DNA from: an uncultured Gammaproteobacteria bacterium
GTDB taxonomy: Bacteria; Patescibacteriota; Microgenomatia; UBA8517
Assembly: GCA_964494885.1 (NCBI GenBank)
Contig: CAZBTH010000005.1
Coordinates: 29,277 to 89,167 of the forward strand
Direction: 5' to 3'
Length of the DNA stretch: 59,891 nucleotides
The position numbers and the translations under genes are program-made. Positions 35,293-45,404 of the stretch are shown piece after piece. Numbering within the stretch: the stretch's first letter is position 1; each line of letters starts with the position of its first letter. Under the pieces are notes generated by a model that was not told the DNA's origin, ran no database searches, and saw only the letters and a program-made list of their open reading frames with translations.

Positions 35293-37173
35293 TCAGAGAT
35301 TTGGGCTTTTAACAGCCCAAATCTCGGCATTGGCATTACTAAAAATTTTTTCAACATTAAGATCTCCTGGGGAAAAAGGAAGCTTCTCGGTGTATTCTTC
35401 AAATTTAACCAAGTAAATATACTTTACATTAAGTTTGTCAAACTCGGTCTTCGCCACAGCTTGGGTTTTGGCGACAAATACAGACTTATTATACACAACA
35501 GGATTCCCTGAATATTTACCAACATAACCTCTCCTGTTTGAAAACTCCGGCGGTTTGTACTCTGTATGCCACGAACACTGCAAACATTCATTGTCGTAAA
35601 TCACAACACGTCCAAATGGCTGTGATTTCAAATATAAAAGCGCATAGATTTCACCCTGAGGTATTGTATAACTGACTTTAGTAAAATAGTTCCATCCCTG
35701 CCCCATCAGGAGGTATAGTATCGCCAATTTCTGTCTGAAGAAATGTATCGCTTCCGCGGAGAAATCTTTTATTTCAATTCCGCCCGCCGGTACCAATTCC
35801 CCTATCGTAGAGATTTTAACTTCGCTTCCGGTTTGAATAACATCGATTAGCGGTGACTTTTTAACAAAATCCGGAACTTTAATTCCCCTGCCCTTAATCG
35901 TAAAATTGTCGTCGTTAGTAATAATTTCAAAATCTCCCTGTAATATCCAAATATTGTCTGTGTCGGAAACTGTGTCTATAACAGCCGGAATATTTTCAGA
36001 TAAGGTAAATTGAAAATTGGGTGAATCATAGTACGGATCCTTCAAAGTGCTATTGTAAATCCTAAGATCCAATATTCTGATTTCGTTTTTATCAAAATCC
36101 TTTATATAAAATAATCTATATTTACCACTTCCATACCAAAATGATTGGATATTCTTTCCAAGTAAATCTTTTGATTCAATTTTGTAGGATGGTGACACAT
36201 CCGTAAATTTTTGACGATACCACGTCGAAAAATCGGCCATTGTAAGAATTTTTATTCCGTTTGTGGTCAAACTGTTGACATATTCTATTTGCTTGGCAAA
36301 TTCTCCTTTATAACCATCCGGATCAAGATCGGATTCAAGTCCCACTGTAACTTGAGCAAAACCATTTAATTTATTCATAGATAAATACATACTAATTAGT
36401 TTTTGAAAATAATCTACATCCTGATGAATTGGCGCCCCCAAATAGTCTTGTGTGCTATACAAACTGCTCTCGTAACCATTTAGGGGGTCTCGCGGCGCCC
36501 ACTGCAAATTTACAACATCAATCTTGTCTGCACCTGTTGATGCCGGAACTATTGAATAGAGTTTACTTGGATAATAAGAAAGACCCCATGGCTGTCCCCA
36601 AATTTGATAACCGTCGGTTGAATACTGATCAGAACAAACCAGGTTCGCTACTATTCCATATTTTTCTTTCATATAGGAGAGAGAATATTCATCAGTCCAC
36701 CAAGACCCAACAGACTTCGGGTAATATCCGAATTTTTCCTTGAAGGTTTGAAAAACTTTATCTATCAACACTCTCCTATCCTCTTGTGTATATCCCGATA
36801 GGAACACACTTGCCGCATGATGCCAAGAGCCTGTATTGTGATAAGTTATTTTTGAATCTGCTGAAAAAGTAGGCGTAACCTCCAGAAAAATTCCTAATTC
36901 CTGACTTTTGTCCATACCCCTTGCGACTGACATAACTTCCGGGTTTTGCATAGCGTCATAAGTCATTAGCCACGTCGCAGGAATGTTATTCTTACGAATA
37001 ATTAAATACTCATTTCTCATTCCCTCGGCGGGTTTACCGCTATACGCTGAGATTCTTACGGGGTTAACTACAGTAATGAATTGAGTAGGATCCTCAGCAA
37101 AAACTTTACCCGGAAGACATAGGAGGAAAAATACACTAATGGTGGCCACGGAGAAATTCTTGAATCTACGCAT
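35293..37173 (-). CDS. Secreted protein of unknown function (possible carbohydrate-active beta/alpha-barrel-like N-terminal half)
   Basis: Signal peptide MRRFKNFSVATISVFFLLCLPGKVFA, with no further TM. The C-terminal ~60 aa (VKYIYLVKFEEY...VEKIFSNANAEIWAVK) resemble the C-termini of the membrane proteins at 51337.. and 56710... The enzymatic assignment is a guess. Confidence 0.8.
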   Translation of the reverse strand: MRRFKNFSVATISVFFLLCLPGKVFAEDPTQFITVVNPVRISAYSGKPAEGMRNEYLIIRKNNIPATWLMTYDAMQNPEVMSVARGMDKSQELGIFLEVTPTFSADSKITYHNTGSWHHAASVFLSGYTQEDRRVLIDKVFQTFKEKFGYYPKSVGSWWTDEYSLSYMKEKYGIVANLVCSDQYSTDGYQIWGQPWGLSYYPSKLYSIVPASTGADKIDVVNLQWAPRDPLNGYESSLYSTQDYLGAPIHQDVDYFQKLISMYLSMNKLNGFAQVTVGLESDLDPDGYKGEFAKQIEYVNSLTTNGIKILTMADFSTWYRQKFTDVSPSYKIESKDLLGKNIQSFWYGSGKYRLFYIKDFDKNEIRILDLRIYNSTLKDPYYDSPNFQFTLSENIPAVIDTVSDTDNIWILQGDFEIITNDDNFTIKGRGIKVPDFVKKSPLIDVIQTGSEVKISTIGELVPAGGIEIKDFSAEAIHFFRQKLAILYLLMGQGWNYFTKVSYTIPQGEIYALLYLKSQPFGRVVIYDNECLQCSWHTEYKPPEFSNRRGYVGKYSGNPVVYNKSVFVAKTQAVAKTEFDKLNVKYIYLVKFEEYTEKLPFSPGDLNVEKIFSNANAEIWAVKSPNL

Positions 37174-37947
37174 TTAACTTGTTATCCAATTTTTTCTATT
37201 AACATCATCATAGTAATGAAGAATTTTTAGTCTGTAAAAAACCGCCGCTGTATCCCAAGCCATCCAAAAAGAAGTTGACCATTTTATCGCGCTATTTGAT
37301 TTATTAAATCGAACCTCTATCGGAGCTTCGAAGATCCTGTTGAAGCCCAGATATTTAGCAACCGAAAGCATTTCAATATCCATTGCATAACTCTTAACCA
37401 AAAGTCTGGGGAGAATTTTCTCAACCACTTTCCTTTTAAATATTTTTATTCCGCTTTGAGTATCCGTAAGAGAAAGATTAAAAAGAAGCTTAACGCCAAC
37501 ATGATAACCCAAACTCAAGATTTTTCGTAAGAGAGGATAATTAACACGGGAAACAGGGTGTTTTTTTGATCCCACTATTATGTCTGCATCATACCAATTC
37601 ATGTGCGCCAAAAGCATCATTATTCCTTTTGGACTTATATCCATTCCGGCATCTAAAAAGGATATTATTTCACCTTTAGCTTTTCCCATTCCAAAACGTA
37701 CGGCATGACCCTTGCCTTTATTAACTTTGTAAGTAAACACTTTCAATTTTGAAGATTTAATTTTTGACGCCTCCCGAAAAGTTTTGTCCATGTCGCCATC
37801 CACAACACAGATCACCTCAAAGTCGTAGTCCCTCCCCAACCCTTCTCCCAATGTTGATAAAATATTATCCAAATCCTGCCTGATGGTTTTCTCCTGTTTA
37901 TAGGCGGGGACAATTACTGAAAGAATTTTGATCTTAGGCTTTTCCAT
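37174..37947 (-). CDS. Glycosyltransferase family 2 (GT-A)
   Basis: LSVIVPAYKQEKTI, ICVVDGDMDKT and SFLDAGMDISP. The track ORF extends to 38094, but that extension lies inside the upstream flippase. ATG 37947 (MEKPKIKILSV) gives a 14-nt overlap. Confidence 0.85.
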   Translation of the reverse strand: MEKPKIKILSVIVPAYKQEKTIRQDLDNILSTLGEGLGRDYDFEVICVVDGDMDKTFREASKIKSSKLKVFTYKVNKGKGHAVRFGMGKAKGEIISFLDAGMDISPKGIMMLLAHMNWYDADIIVGSKKHPVSRVNYPLLRKILSLGYHVGVKLLFNLSLTDTQSGIKIFKRKVVEKILPRLLVKSYAMDIEMLSVAKYLGFNRIFEAPIEVRFNKSNSAIKWSTSFWMAWDTAAVFYRLKILHYYDDVNRKNWITS

Positions 37948-39208
37948 ATTGTTTTCTTTTGGCCAGGCCATACCGCGAAGTATATCCCAAAAAAACGCCT
38001 TCACCAAAAAGCATGAGGGTGCATATGGCAAGCGATACCTGAATAACCTCCAGAATACTTGAATGAAAAATCCATAACAATATTGCTTGTCCAAACGCAG
38101 CTAATACCGGAAATACTATTATTCGCGTTTTTCCAAGAGAAAGTGAAAAATTTACCAACAATAGAGCAAGGGTGTATACCAGCATAAAAAGGCCCATCCA
38201 GACCAGATCTCTTGAGGCTGCCAGATAGGCCGACCCGTAAAGAATATTGATTGCAAAATCTGAGAATAAGTAATAAATTCCAACTGCGGAACCCGAAACA
38301 AATAACGTTAGTCCAAGCGACCCCCAAAATATTTTCAGATACCCCTCCCCTTTGGCGCTCCTGCCGGCAACGACAGGAAACATTACGGAAGATATTGGAG
38401 AGGATGCAAAAAATATTATTTTTCCAAGCGTAGAAAGAGCTGCGTAGATTCCGGCATCGAAAGGGGTTAAGAAATGTTTAACAAGAATTACATCTGTTGT
38501 AAAGATTGAAGTAAACGCCAAAGCTTGTAAAAAAACAGGTAGTGAATATTTCAGAAAAGGTTTTAAATTGTATTTATTTTTAAGTTTTTTTGTTTTTTTG
38601 ATATCCCTTACGTACCACTTTGAAACAAAATATGCCAAGAGCCCACCGGCAAACACACCAATCATTGCACCGAATACGGAATAACCCATGATAACCAAAA
38701 TTACACCCAAACAAATTTTTGTAAGTGAGGAAGTAAAATTAGGTAAAACAAATCCCATAAATTTCAATAAACCCTGTGCTGTGGCTTGGTTTACCAGGGT
38801 AATTAACGACAAAAATAAAACCGGTGTTATAAGTATAATAAGAAAGATGTTGTTAATATGTAAAAAGTTGGCAATAAAGGGAGAGGCAAAAATTGTAAAC
38901 AATGAAAGAATCGATGCCATCTTAAGCACAACTTTGCTCAACGAGCTAAAAATGGTTGCGACTTCTGTTGAGGACTTTCCGGATGAAATAAACTTCACAA
39001 TAGATACTGACGTTGAGGTTGGAACAATTCCCACAATATACAAAATGGAGAAAAGGCTGGCAAGGACACCGTAATCAACCGGGCCGAGAATACGGCCCAT
39101 AACCAGATGGTAAACGTAATTTACCACATTGATGGCCATGCTACCGCCAATCATTATGGCGCTGCCTGAAAAAAGCGGGTGACTAACTAATTTCTTGAGT
39201 TTTTTCAT
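37934..39208 (-). CDS. Wzx-like oligosaccharide/polysaccharide flippase (MOP superfamily)
   Basis: About 12 TM, with an N-terminus MKKLKKLVSHPLFSGSAIMIGGSMAINVVNYVYHLVMGRILGPVDYGVLAS typical of polysaccharide biosynthesis (Wzx/RfbX) proteins. Confidence 0.85.
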   Translation of the reverse strand: MKKLKKLVSHPLFSGSAIMIGGSMAINVVNYVYHLVMGRILGPVDYGVLASLFSILYIVGIVPTSTSVSIVKFISSGKSSTEVATIFSSLSKVVLKMASILSLFTIFASPFIANFLHINNIFLIILITPVLFLSLITLVNQATAQGLLKFMGFVLPNFTSSLTKICLGVILVIMGYSVFGAMIGVFAGGLLAYFVSKWYVRDIKKTKKLKNKYNLKPFLKYSLPVFLQALAFTSIFTTDVILVKHFLTPFDAGIYAALSTLGKIIFFASSPISSVMFPVVAGRSAKGEGYLKIFWGSLGLTLFVSGSAVGIYYLFSDFAINILYGSAYLAASRDLVWMGLFMLVYTLALLLVNFSLSLGKTRIIVFPVLAAFGQAILLWIFHSSILEVIQVSLAICTLMLFGEGVFLGYTSRYGLAKRKQYGKA

Positions 39209-40035
39209 TTATTTTTAGTTAATGTCAACTTGAGTCCGTCTTTTATAGACGTAAAGAGATTCGTATTAATCCCCAACTTTTTTAATCCAATTGTACTTGC
39301 CTTACTTCGCCTAATTTCATTTCTGGACTCCAAATACTTAACAGCGTAAGGTTTACCAACAATTTTTCCGACAAATTTTGCCAAATCCAAAATTCTAATT
39401 TCCTTTCCCGTTCCAAGATCTACAGACCCCACCGGCACCTTAGCCGTTAGCATCACCTCAACCGCCTTAGTAACATCATCAATAAAGATAAAATCTCTTG
39501 TTTGGTTGCCGTCGCCGTATATCTCTATTTCGCCAATTTTTCTTATACCTTTATAAAAGTTGTGTATGGCATAGCCATATGCAGGATTCTGGCCTTTGCC
39601 GTAAATATTAAACGGTCTTAAAACTACCGTTTCGATCCGGTCCTTATATGAAGTTGCTATCGCCTCTTCAAAAACCTTTGAAGCGCCGTATGGTGTAAGA
39701 GGTTTTCCGTATACTGCCGCTGAGGAAAAAAAGATAATCCGTTTTACTTTATTTCGGATGGCGGCGTCAATTACTTTAAACGTTCCAATGCCGTTATTCA
39801 TAAAATAATCCAACGGTTTTTCCCACGATTCGTTTCCGGAAACATAAGCCGCAAGGTGTATAACAACCTCTACGTTTTTGAGATTGCTATTCAATAATTT
39901 TGTATCGAATATATCTTTTCCATCTTTGACATCAAACCCAACAATTTTATGTTTTTTTGACAACGAGCGCGACAAATGAGTCCCAACAAAACCTTTTGAA
40001 CCGGTAATTAATATTTTCATATTTAAGCTATCCAA
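39205..40035 (-). CDS. NAD-dependent nucleotide-sugar epimerase/dehydratase (short, extended SDR)
   Basis: ILITGSKGFVGTHL and YGASKVFEE (YxxxK). ATGA overlap with the upstream gene. Confidence 0.85.
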   Translation of the reverse strand: MDSLNMKILITGSKGFVGTHLSRSLSKKHKIVGFDVKDGKDIFDTKLLNSNLKNVEVVIHLAAYVSGNESWEKPLDYFMNNGIGTFKVIDAAIRNKVKRIIFFSSAAVYGKPLTPYGASKVFEEAIATSYKDRIETVVLRPFNIYGKGQNPAYGYAIHNFYKGIRKIGEIEIYGDGNQTRDFIFIDDVTKAVEVMLTAKVPVGSVDLGTGKEIRILDLAKFVGKIVGKPYAVKYLESRNEIRRSKASTIGLKKLGINTNLFTSIKDGLKLTLTKNK

Positions 40036-41168
40036 TATCCTCTAACAAAAAGCGTTGTCAATATTATCCCTAATCCAACTGATGCAAGAATAAAAGGCGT
40101 GACATATTTACTAAACCGGGTAATTAAGTATGGAAAAAGAAACACCACCGACACAAGAGCATACCTTGGCATCGAGGAAAATGTACCGGTCAAGGTCGGA
40201 AGCAAAAGTGTGCTTAGAGAAAAAAACCAATAACTAAATCTCATCTTCTTAAAAAAGACTATCAAAGTTGTAAGAGGAATTATAGTAAATACAAATTCAA
40301 TAAATGCATTAAAAAACGGCAAGGTCAAAATGCTTGTCGTCAAAAATATTTTTATATATCTATAAATTACCTGAGGGAAAAGGATTATTTCCGTGCTACT
40401 TCTCCCAGCCCCAAATACCGGTTGTGCAGTTAAAAAATAAAACGTGTCATTGAAAGTCACGTTAAGGAAATACATATAGACAAAAAGGCCTAACGGTGTA
40501 ATCAAAGTCCAAATATAGTTTATTTTGTTCCTACTTTGAAACACCTCTATCAAATACAACGGGATAAGAAGCGCCCCTGTGATCCTTGTTGCCGTCGCAA
40601 GGGAAATCAGAATTGCTCCCCAAAAAAAATTTCCCTTTCTAATAAGGTAGATTGAAGAAACTGTCAAAAGCAAAAACAAACTTTCGGTATATATGGCACC
40701 AAAGAAAAATGAAGTTGGAAATACCAAAAGAAAAACGACGGTTAAAAAAGCTGTATCCTTTTTAAAATCAATATTAATTAACTTAAATAAAACATAAAGT
40801 GCACCTAAAAAAAATAAGTTAGTAAGAATTATCCCTGAATAAAAAAAGGCGGGGTCGGTGAAAAAAATGGTGTCAAGATTTGCAACTCTAGGGAAAATAA
40901 ATGAAAAAAATCGAATTAAGATTGGAAAAAGCGGGAAAAAAGCCTGGGAATATTGGGCAAGATAACCATCCTGCGCAATCCGAAGGTAATGGACTCCATC
41001 AAAATTTCCAAAGCCCCAAATCCAGTTTGGTAAATGGGTAATCTCCAACACCTTATCCACATAAGGAAATCTGGCACCGAAAACCGGTAAAAAATAGATC
41101 GATAAAAACGCAACAAAAAAAAGAGCTACACGCCAAATCAAAAACGAGGTCAAAATCTTTTTAAACAT
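40023..41168 (-). CDS. GT-C membrane mannosyltransferase-like protein (PIG-V / Mannosyl_trans2-like)
   Basis: FGNFDGVHYLRIAQDGYLAQYSQAFFPLFPILIR matches the FDG..Y..IA..GY....AFFPL signature of the PIG-V-like family, and there are about 9 TM. ATG 41168 (MFKKILTSFLIW) is preferred over the track start at 41303, which lies inside the upstream GT4. Confidence 0.8.
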   Translation of the reverse strand: MFKKILTSFLIWRVALFFVAFLSIYFLPVFGARFPYVDKVLEITHLPNWIWGFGNFDGVHYLRIAQDGYLAQYSQAFFPLFPILIRFFSFIFPRVANLDTIFFTDPAFFYSGIILTNLFFLGALYVLFKLINIDFKKDTAFLTVVFLLVFPTSFFFGAIYTESLFLLLTVSSIYLIRKGNFFWGAILISLATATRITGALLIPLYLIEVFQSRNKINYIWTLITPLGLFVYMYFLNVTFNDTFYFLTAQPVFGAGRSSTEIILFPQVIYRYIKIFLTTSILTLPFFNAFIEFVFTIIPLTTLIVFFKKMRFSYWFFSLSTLLLPTLTGTFSSMPRYALVSVVFLFPYLITRFSKYVTPFILASVGLGIILTTLFVRGYWIA

Positions 41169-42222
41169 TTTCGTACACTTTCCAAGTTTCCTTGGCGGTT
41201 TTTTCCCATGAGTAAGTCCTGGGGAGTTTTTTATTGATATTGGGATTTGATATTGCTTTCGATAGTGATACTGCATCGAAATCACAATACGAAAATTCAT
41301 CACCCATTACTTCTACCATACACTGTGACCTGACTAACACAATCGGGGTTTTGCAAGAGACTGCCTCAACCGCAGGCAATCCAAAACCCTCATATATTGA
41401 AGGTTGAATGTAAACACTAGCTAAATTGTAAATCTTAACAAGATCGTCGTCCGGCACAAAACCCAATCTAGTAACATTTCTGTCATCTACTAATTTACGT
41501 AAATTTTCCAAATGAGAAAGTTGAGGATGAGATCTTCCAAATATTTTCCTTGCCACGTCTTGCGGGCCATTGGGAACCTGTTGTGTTAACTGCTCAATAT
41601 CTTTAGCTTGTTTTCCAACAATAACTAGAGGGGTGCCACACAATTGACAAGCTTTTATTAAATTTGGAATATTTTTGTTGTAATTTATGTCGCCCACGTA
41701 AAGTGCAAACTTTTTAGGAAGGTTATATTTCACTACAATACTATATAGTATTGTAGTGTTTGTAATTTTCTTAAACATGTCACGAGGAGCAAGGTGTGTT
41801 ACGAAAACTTTTTTAGGGTCTATTCCCAAAAACCTGCAAATGTCTTTTTTTGAAGTCTCGGATATGGTTAAAATCGCATCAACATTCTTTTTGATAAAGT
41901 ATTTATTCAATGTCCATCTAATTCCACCCCTAATTCCGGACGGATAATGTGCGGGGTAAATGAGTGGAATAAGATCGTAAATGGTTAAAATAAACTTCGT
42001 ATTTTTTGGTTTTGTAAAAGGGACAGAAATTATGTATGGGTTGAATGAAGTGAAATGGATTAGATCGAATTTGGAAAACTCCTTACTGTTAAAATCGTTG
42101 TCTAATACGCTAAATTTTTTATTACCTTTTTTAAATGCATCAACTAGCTCCCTGGTATAAACACCAATCCCACGAACAGAGTCTCCCGAGACAAGTGGTC
42201 TGGCATCAATCGCAACTTTCAT
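41161..42222 (-). CDS. Glycosyltransferase family 4 (GT-B)
   Basis: MKVAIDARPLVSGDSVRGIGVYTRELV and QPSIYEGFGLPAVEAVSCKTPIV (E-x7-E). A strong SD (AAGGAGG) lies 7 nt upstream. Confidence 0.9.
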   Translation of the reverse strand: MKVAIDARPLVSGDSVRGIGVYTRELVDAFKKGNKKFSVLDNDFNSKEFSKFDLIHFTSFNPYIISVPFTKPKNTKFILTIYDLIPLIYPAHYPSGIRGGIRWTLNKYFIKKNVDAILTISETSKKDICRFLGIDPKKVFVTHLAPRDMFKKITNTTILYSIVVKYNLPKKFALYVGDINYNKNIPNLIKACQLCGTPLVIVGKQAKDIEQLTQQVPNGPQDVARKIFGRSHPQLSHLENLRKLVDDRNVTRLGFVPDDDLVKIYNLASVYIQPSIYEGFGLPAVEAVSCKTPIVLVRSQCMVEVMGDEFSYCDFDAVSLSKAISNPNINKKLPRTYSWEKTAKETWKVYENV

Positions 42223-42956
42223 AAGTTTTCCTCCTTATACCCTTCGGGGTAAAATTCAATTTCAGTAGGACTGCCCCTATCGATAGTCGCATCAACTATT
42301 TTTTCAGATACAGATTCCGGAGTAAGATATTGCTTTCCTGCCCTTTGAAGATCTGCTCTATGATCAATTCCACCGTTTCCGAAACTTGTCATAACACTTC
42401 CCAACGTTAAAAGTTGAAATTTGATTTTTCCATCTTTAAATTCTTTTGCCAACGAAAGAGTTAGTCCCCGCAAACCGAATTTTGAAGTACAATAGGCTGA
42501 TCTACCGGCTGTAGGAAACACCCCCATGCCCGATCCTATGTTAAATACCAAAGGATTGTCTGACTTTTGGAGTAGAGGTATAAGTTTTTTCGTTAGATAA
42601 AATGGTGCAGTTAAGTTTAAACCGATAGAAAGGTTCCAATCTTCAACTGTCAGATCTCCGATTTTTTTATAAATTCCCGTTCCAGCAACATTATATAAAA
42701 AATCAATTTTGTCATGTTTCGTAAAAACGTCGCTGCAAAATTTCTCAATTGCGGATATGTCCGTTAAATCTACTGAAAAATACTCACCTTTATTTTCACG
42801 AACCATTTCGGCCAAATTAGAATTCGGGCTCTCGTGCATATCAACCATAACACAGAAAACTCCTTTTTCCGTTAGCTTTTTAACTAACGCACTACCAATT
42901 CCTCCCCCTGCGCCGGTAACTATCGCTATTTTGCCGTTTATTTCATTTGTTTCCAT
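42219..42956 (-). CDS. Short-chain dehydrogenase/reductase (classical SDR)
   Basis: IAIVTGAGGGIGSALVKKL (TGxxxGxG), NIGS and YCTSKFGLRGL (YxxxK). Confidence 0.9.
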   Translation of the reverse strand: METNEINGKIAIVTGAGGGIGSALVKKLTEKGVFCVMVDMHESPNSNLAEMVRENKGEYFSVDLTDISAIEKFCSDVFTKHDKIDFLYNVAGTGIYKKIGDLTVEDWNLSIGLNLTAPFYLTKKLIPLLQKSDNPLVFNIGSGMGVFPTAGRSAYCTSKFGLRGLTLSLAKEFKDGKIKFQLLTLGSVMTSFGNGGIDHRADLQRAGKQYLTPESVSEKIVDATIDRGSPTEIEFYPEGYKEENL

Positions 42957-43830
42957 TTGTAATATATTTATAATAGGCTACCGGAAAGTGTATTGACGAG
43001 AAAAATGCCCACAAAAAGCCCTGGGGGCCATCCAATAAACCCTTGTGACGGAAATAGATGTTCAAAAATATATATAGGGGTTTGTACATAGTATATAGGA
43101 ACAAACTCCAAAAATTTTTAGGGACTTTATCCTCATTCAGTTCTTTTGCTTTCAGATCGGTGTAGCGGTTAAGCCTTGAAAGATAACGTCTCATTGTAGG
43201 GGAATCATAGTGTTTTAGATCGTTAAATAGCCAAGACACTTCCCCATCTATTTGAATTTGCTCATGAACAGACTTTTGCGGAAAACGCGCCTTCCCATTT
43301 TTGACCAAGCGAATAACTCCGTCAGGGTAAACTCCTCCGTATCTCAACGGGCGTCCCAAAAAAATATTAAGACGAGGTATAAAAAACGCGACAACTTCTC
43401 CGGTTTCCTGACCGATTTTTCCATCACGCGCTTCAATCAAACGTTGGTGTTTTTTCTGACGAGACGTCACGCGGATATCCAAATCGAGTCTCTTTTTAAT
43501 ATCATCATTCGACATATTTATTACTTCATTTATTTCCTTAGCTAGGGCCGGGGTCACTTCTTCGTCGGCATCAAGCTGCAGTACCCAATCCCCAGTAGCT
43601 CTCTCCAGAGCTTTTTGCTTGGTTATATGGAAGATATCGTGGTGTTGTTCAAGAAAAACTTTAGCCCCGTATTCATTTGCGATTTCTACCGTTTTATCCG
43701 TGGAGTGTTCATCTACCACAACAATCTCATCGGCAATTTCCTTAACCGATTCAAGGCAGCGACCGATGTTTTCTTCCTCGTTTCTGACAGCGAGGACTAC
43801 GCTTAATTTAGGTGAACTGTTATCTTTCAT
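42943..43830 (-). CDS. Glycosyltransferase family 2 (GT-A)
   Basis: LSVVLAVRNEEENIGRCLESV, VVVDEHSTDKT and LQLDADEE. Confidence 0.85.
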   Translation of the reverse strand: MKDNSSPKLSVVLAVRNEEENIGRCLESVKEIADEIVVVDEHSTDKTVEIANEYGAKVFLEQHHDIFHITKQKALERATGDWVLQLDADEEVTPALAKEINEVINMSNDDIKKRLDLDIRVTSRQKKHQRLIEARDGKIGQETGEVVAFFIPRLNIFLGRPLRYGGVYPDGVIRLVKNGKARFPQKSVHEQIQIDGEVSWLFNDLKHYDSPTMRRYLSRLNRYTDLKAKELNEDKVPKNFWSLFLYTMYKPLYIFLNIYFRHKGLLDGPQGFLWAFFSSIHFPVAYYKYITNGNK

Positions 43831-45404
43831 TATTTATATTTTTTCCCCTCTACAAGGAAAAATGCGTCGGATCCATCAGGGTATTTTACCAGTTTTTTTA
43901 CATCAAAATAGTCTTTAAACCTCAAACCACTATAAAAGCTGGGTGTAATTGTATATAAAATTCCAGGAGAAGGATAACTTTCTATTGGGTCCCAATTGCC
44001 AAAATTGTATTTACCAAAGGAGGAAACAGTGTTAAAACTATTGGACTGACTTAGATCATACCTCACAGTGCTTAAGAATAACGGCAGTGGAACTCTTAAA
44101 TAGTACAAAAAGAATATATAGGGTTGCTGACGAACTTTATCTACAAAAACTTCGGTATATTCAGGGTGTTCAAGGGCATAAAGTGCCGATTGTTTCATAC
44201 CATATTGCCACTCGATCGCCTCAGCGACAGAATACCGGGTTAAATAATAAACAATATAGTTTTTCACCTCGAGGCTTAAAAACAAAACTATCACGACTGA
44301 TACGGCAACTTTTAACCATTTTTTCCTGAATATTTCAACCACTCCGGCAGCTCCACTAGCTGAAAGAAGTAATATTGGTCCCATTATAAAAATGCTTCTT
44401 GTGGCATGAGGAGTTAACGACGAAACCGCTCCCGGAATTGGAGACACTAGCAGCCACGAAACCAAAAAGAATAAGGTCTCCCATCTTTTCTTTACCAAAA
44501 TCATAAGTAATCCAACTATGGATAGTATTAGATCGATTTTGTAGAATTCCCCTATCACCTTGACCGAAGCTCTCGGACTGGTGTCCCCTGTTTGAAACAG
44601 ATATGAATAAGTAAAATATTCCTTGTAGTTATGTAAAATAATGTTTGCCTTTCCACCGTACTTGTTAACCACCTCCTCGGAGAACTTAGTTTGGTTTATT
44701 CTGGCAAACCCCAAAATCCTAGAATCCATAATAACCAGCCCTGCAAAAAACAATACAATTGAGGCAGACAAAATCAAAATTTTTTTGTTTCTGAGAAAGC
44801 CTTTAATATGAATCAAACAAAGAAGAAGAATAATTGGAGGAACAATTATTTCGGCCGATTGGTAAGCGAAAATACTTATTCCCCAAAATAGAAATGAAAA
44901 AGGAACCAACCATTTTGCCTTTGTTAAACCCAGATAAAATATGGCAGTACCAGCCAAGAAGAAAAATAAGGCAAAATTAGCTTCCCATAGGCCTCTCGAA
45001 TAATGGATTGCGTACGGGGAAACTGCCATAAACAGAGCGGCGAAAAGACCTGCGACTTCATTTTTAAAAAGCATCTTTGCCAAAAGGTAAATCGCGAAGA
45101 TGCTCAAAACCCCAACAGCTGCACTACTTGCCCTGGTATTGTAATCTGAAATTCCAAAAGATTTATACACCAAGGCAGTCAGATAAATATGAACCGGATG
45201 TTTATCATCTCCAAATGATCTGAAAACCAACGGGAACTCCGCCCCGTATTCATCCTCTCCCCAATTTACGATTGTCCAAGCATTGTACCCAGCCGCAACC
45301 TCATCCCAATTAAGTGATGGTGGAATTTGATCAAGTTTGTAAAATCTTAAAATGCCTCCCAAAATAACAATTAAAACCAAAAATAGAAGAGATAATTTTT
45401 TCAT
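43830..45404 (-). CDS. GT-C membrane glycosyltransferase (ArnT/PMT, GT39/83-like), tandem paralog 1 of 5
   Basis: The first loop is LNWDEVAAGYNAWTIVNWGEDEYGAEFPLVFRSFGDDKHPVHIYL, followed by about 11 TM and a C-terminal soluble ~130 aa containing RQQPYIFFLYYLRVP. Confidence 0.9.
   Translation of the reverse strand: MKKLSLLFLVLIVILGGILRFYKLDQIPPSLNWDEVAAGYNAWTIVNWGEDEYGAEFPLVFRSFGDDKHPVHIYLTALVYKSFGISDYNTRASSAAVGVLSIFAIYLLAKMLFKNEVAGLFAALFMAVSPYAIHYSRGLWEANFALFFFLAGTAIFYLGLTKAKWLVPFSFLFWGISIFAYQSAEIIVPPIILLLCLIHIKGFLRNKKILILSASIVLFFAGLVIMDSRILGFARINQTKFSEEVVNKYGGKANIILHNYKEYFTYSYLFQTGDTSPRASVKVIGEFYKIDLILSIVGLLMILVKKRWETLFFLVSWLLVSPIPGAVSSLTPHATRSIFIMGPILLLSASGAAGVVEIFRKKWLKVAVSVVIVLFLSLEVKNYIVYYLTRYSVAEAIEWQYGMKQSALYALEHPEYTEVFVDKVRQQPYIFFLYYLRVPLPLFLSTVRYDLSQSNSFNTVSSFGKYNFGNWDPIESYPSPGILYTITPSFYSGLRFKDYFDVKKLVKYPDGSDAFFLVEGKKYK

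Noticed and set aside
37948-38094. An N-terminal extension of the GT2 ORF into the flippase gene.
   Set aside because: The extension lies wholly inside the 3' end of the flippase. The GT2 fold begins right after the internal ATG 37947 (MEKPKIKILSVIVPAYK).
41169-41303. An N-terminal extension of the PIG-V-like ORF into the upstream GT4 gene.
   Set aside because: Same logic. ATG 41168 yields a normal hydrophobic N-terminus and an 8-nt overlap typical of this operon.
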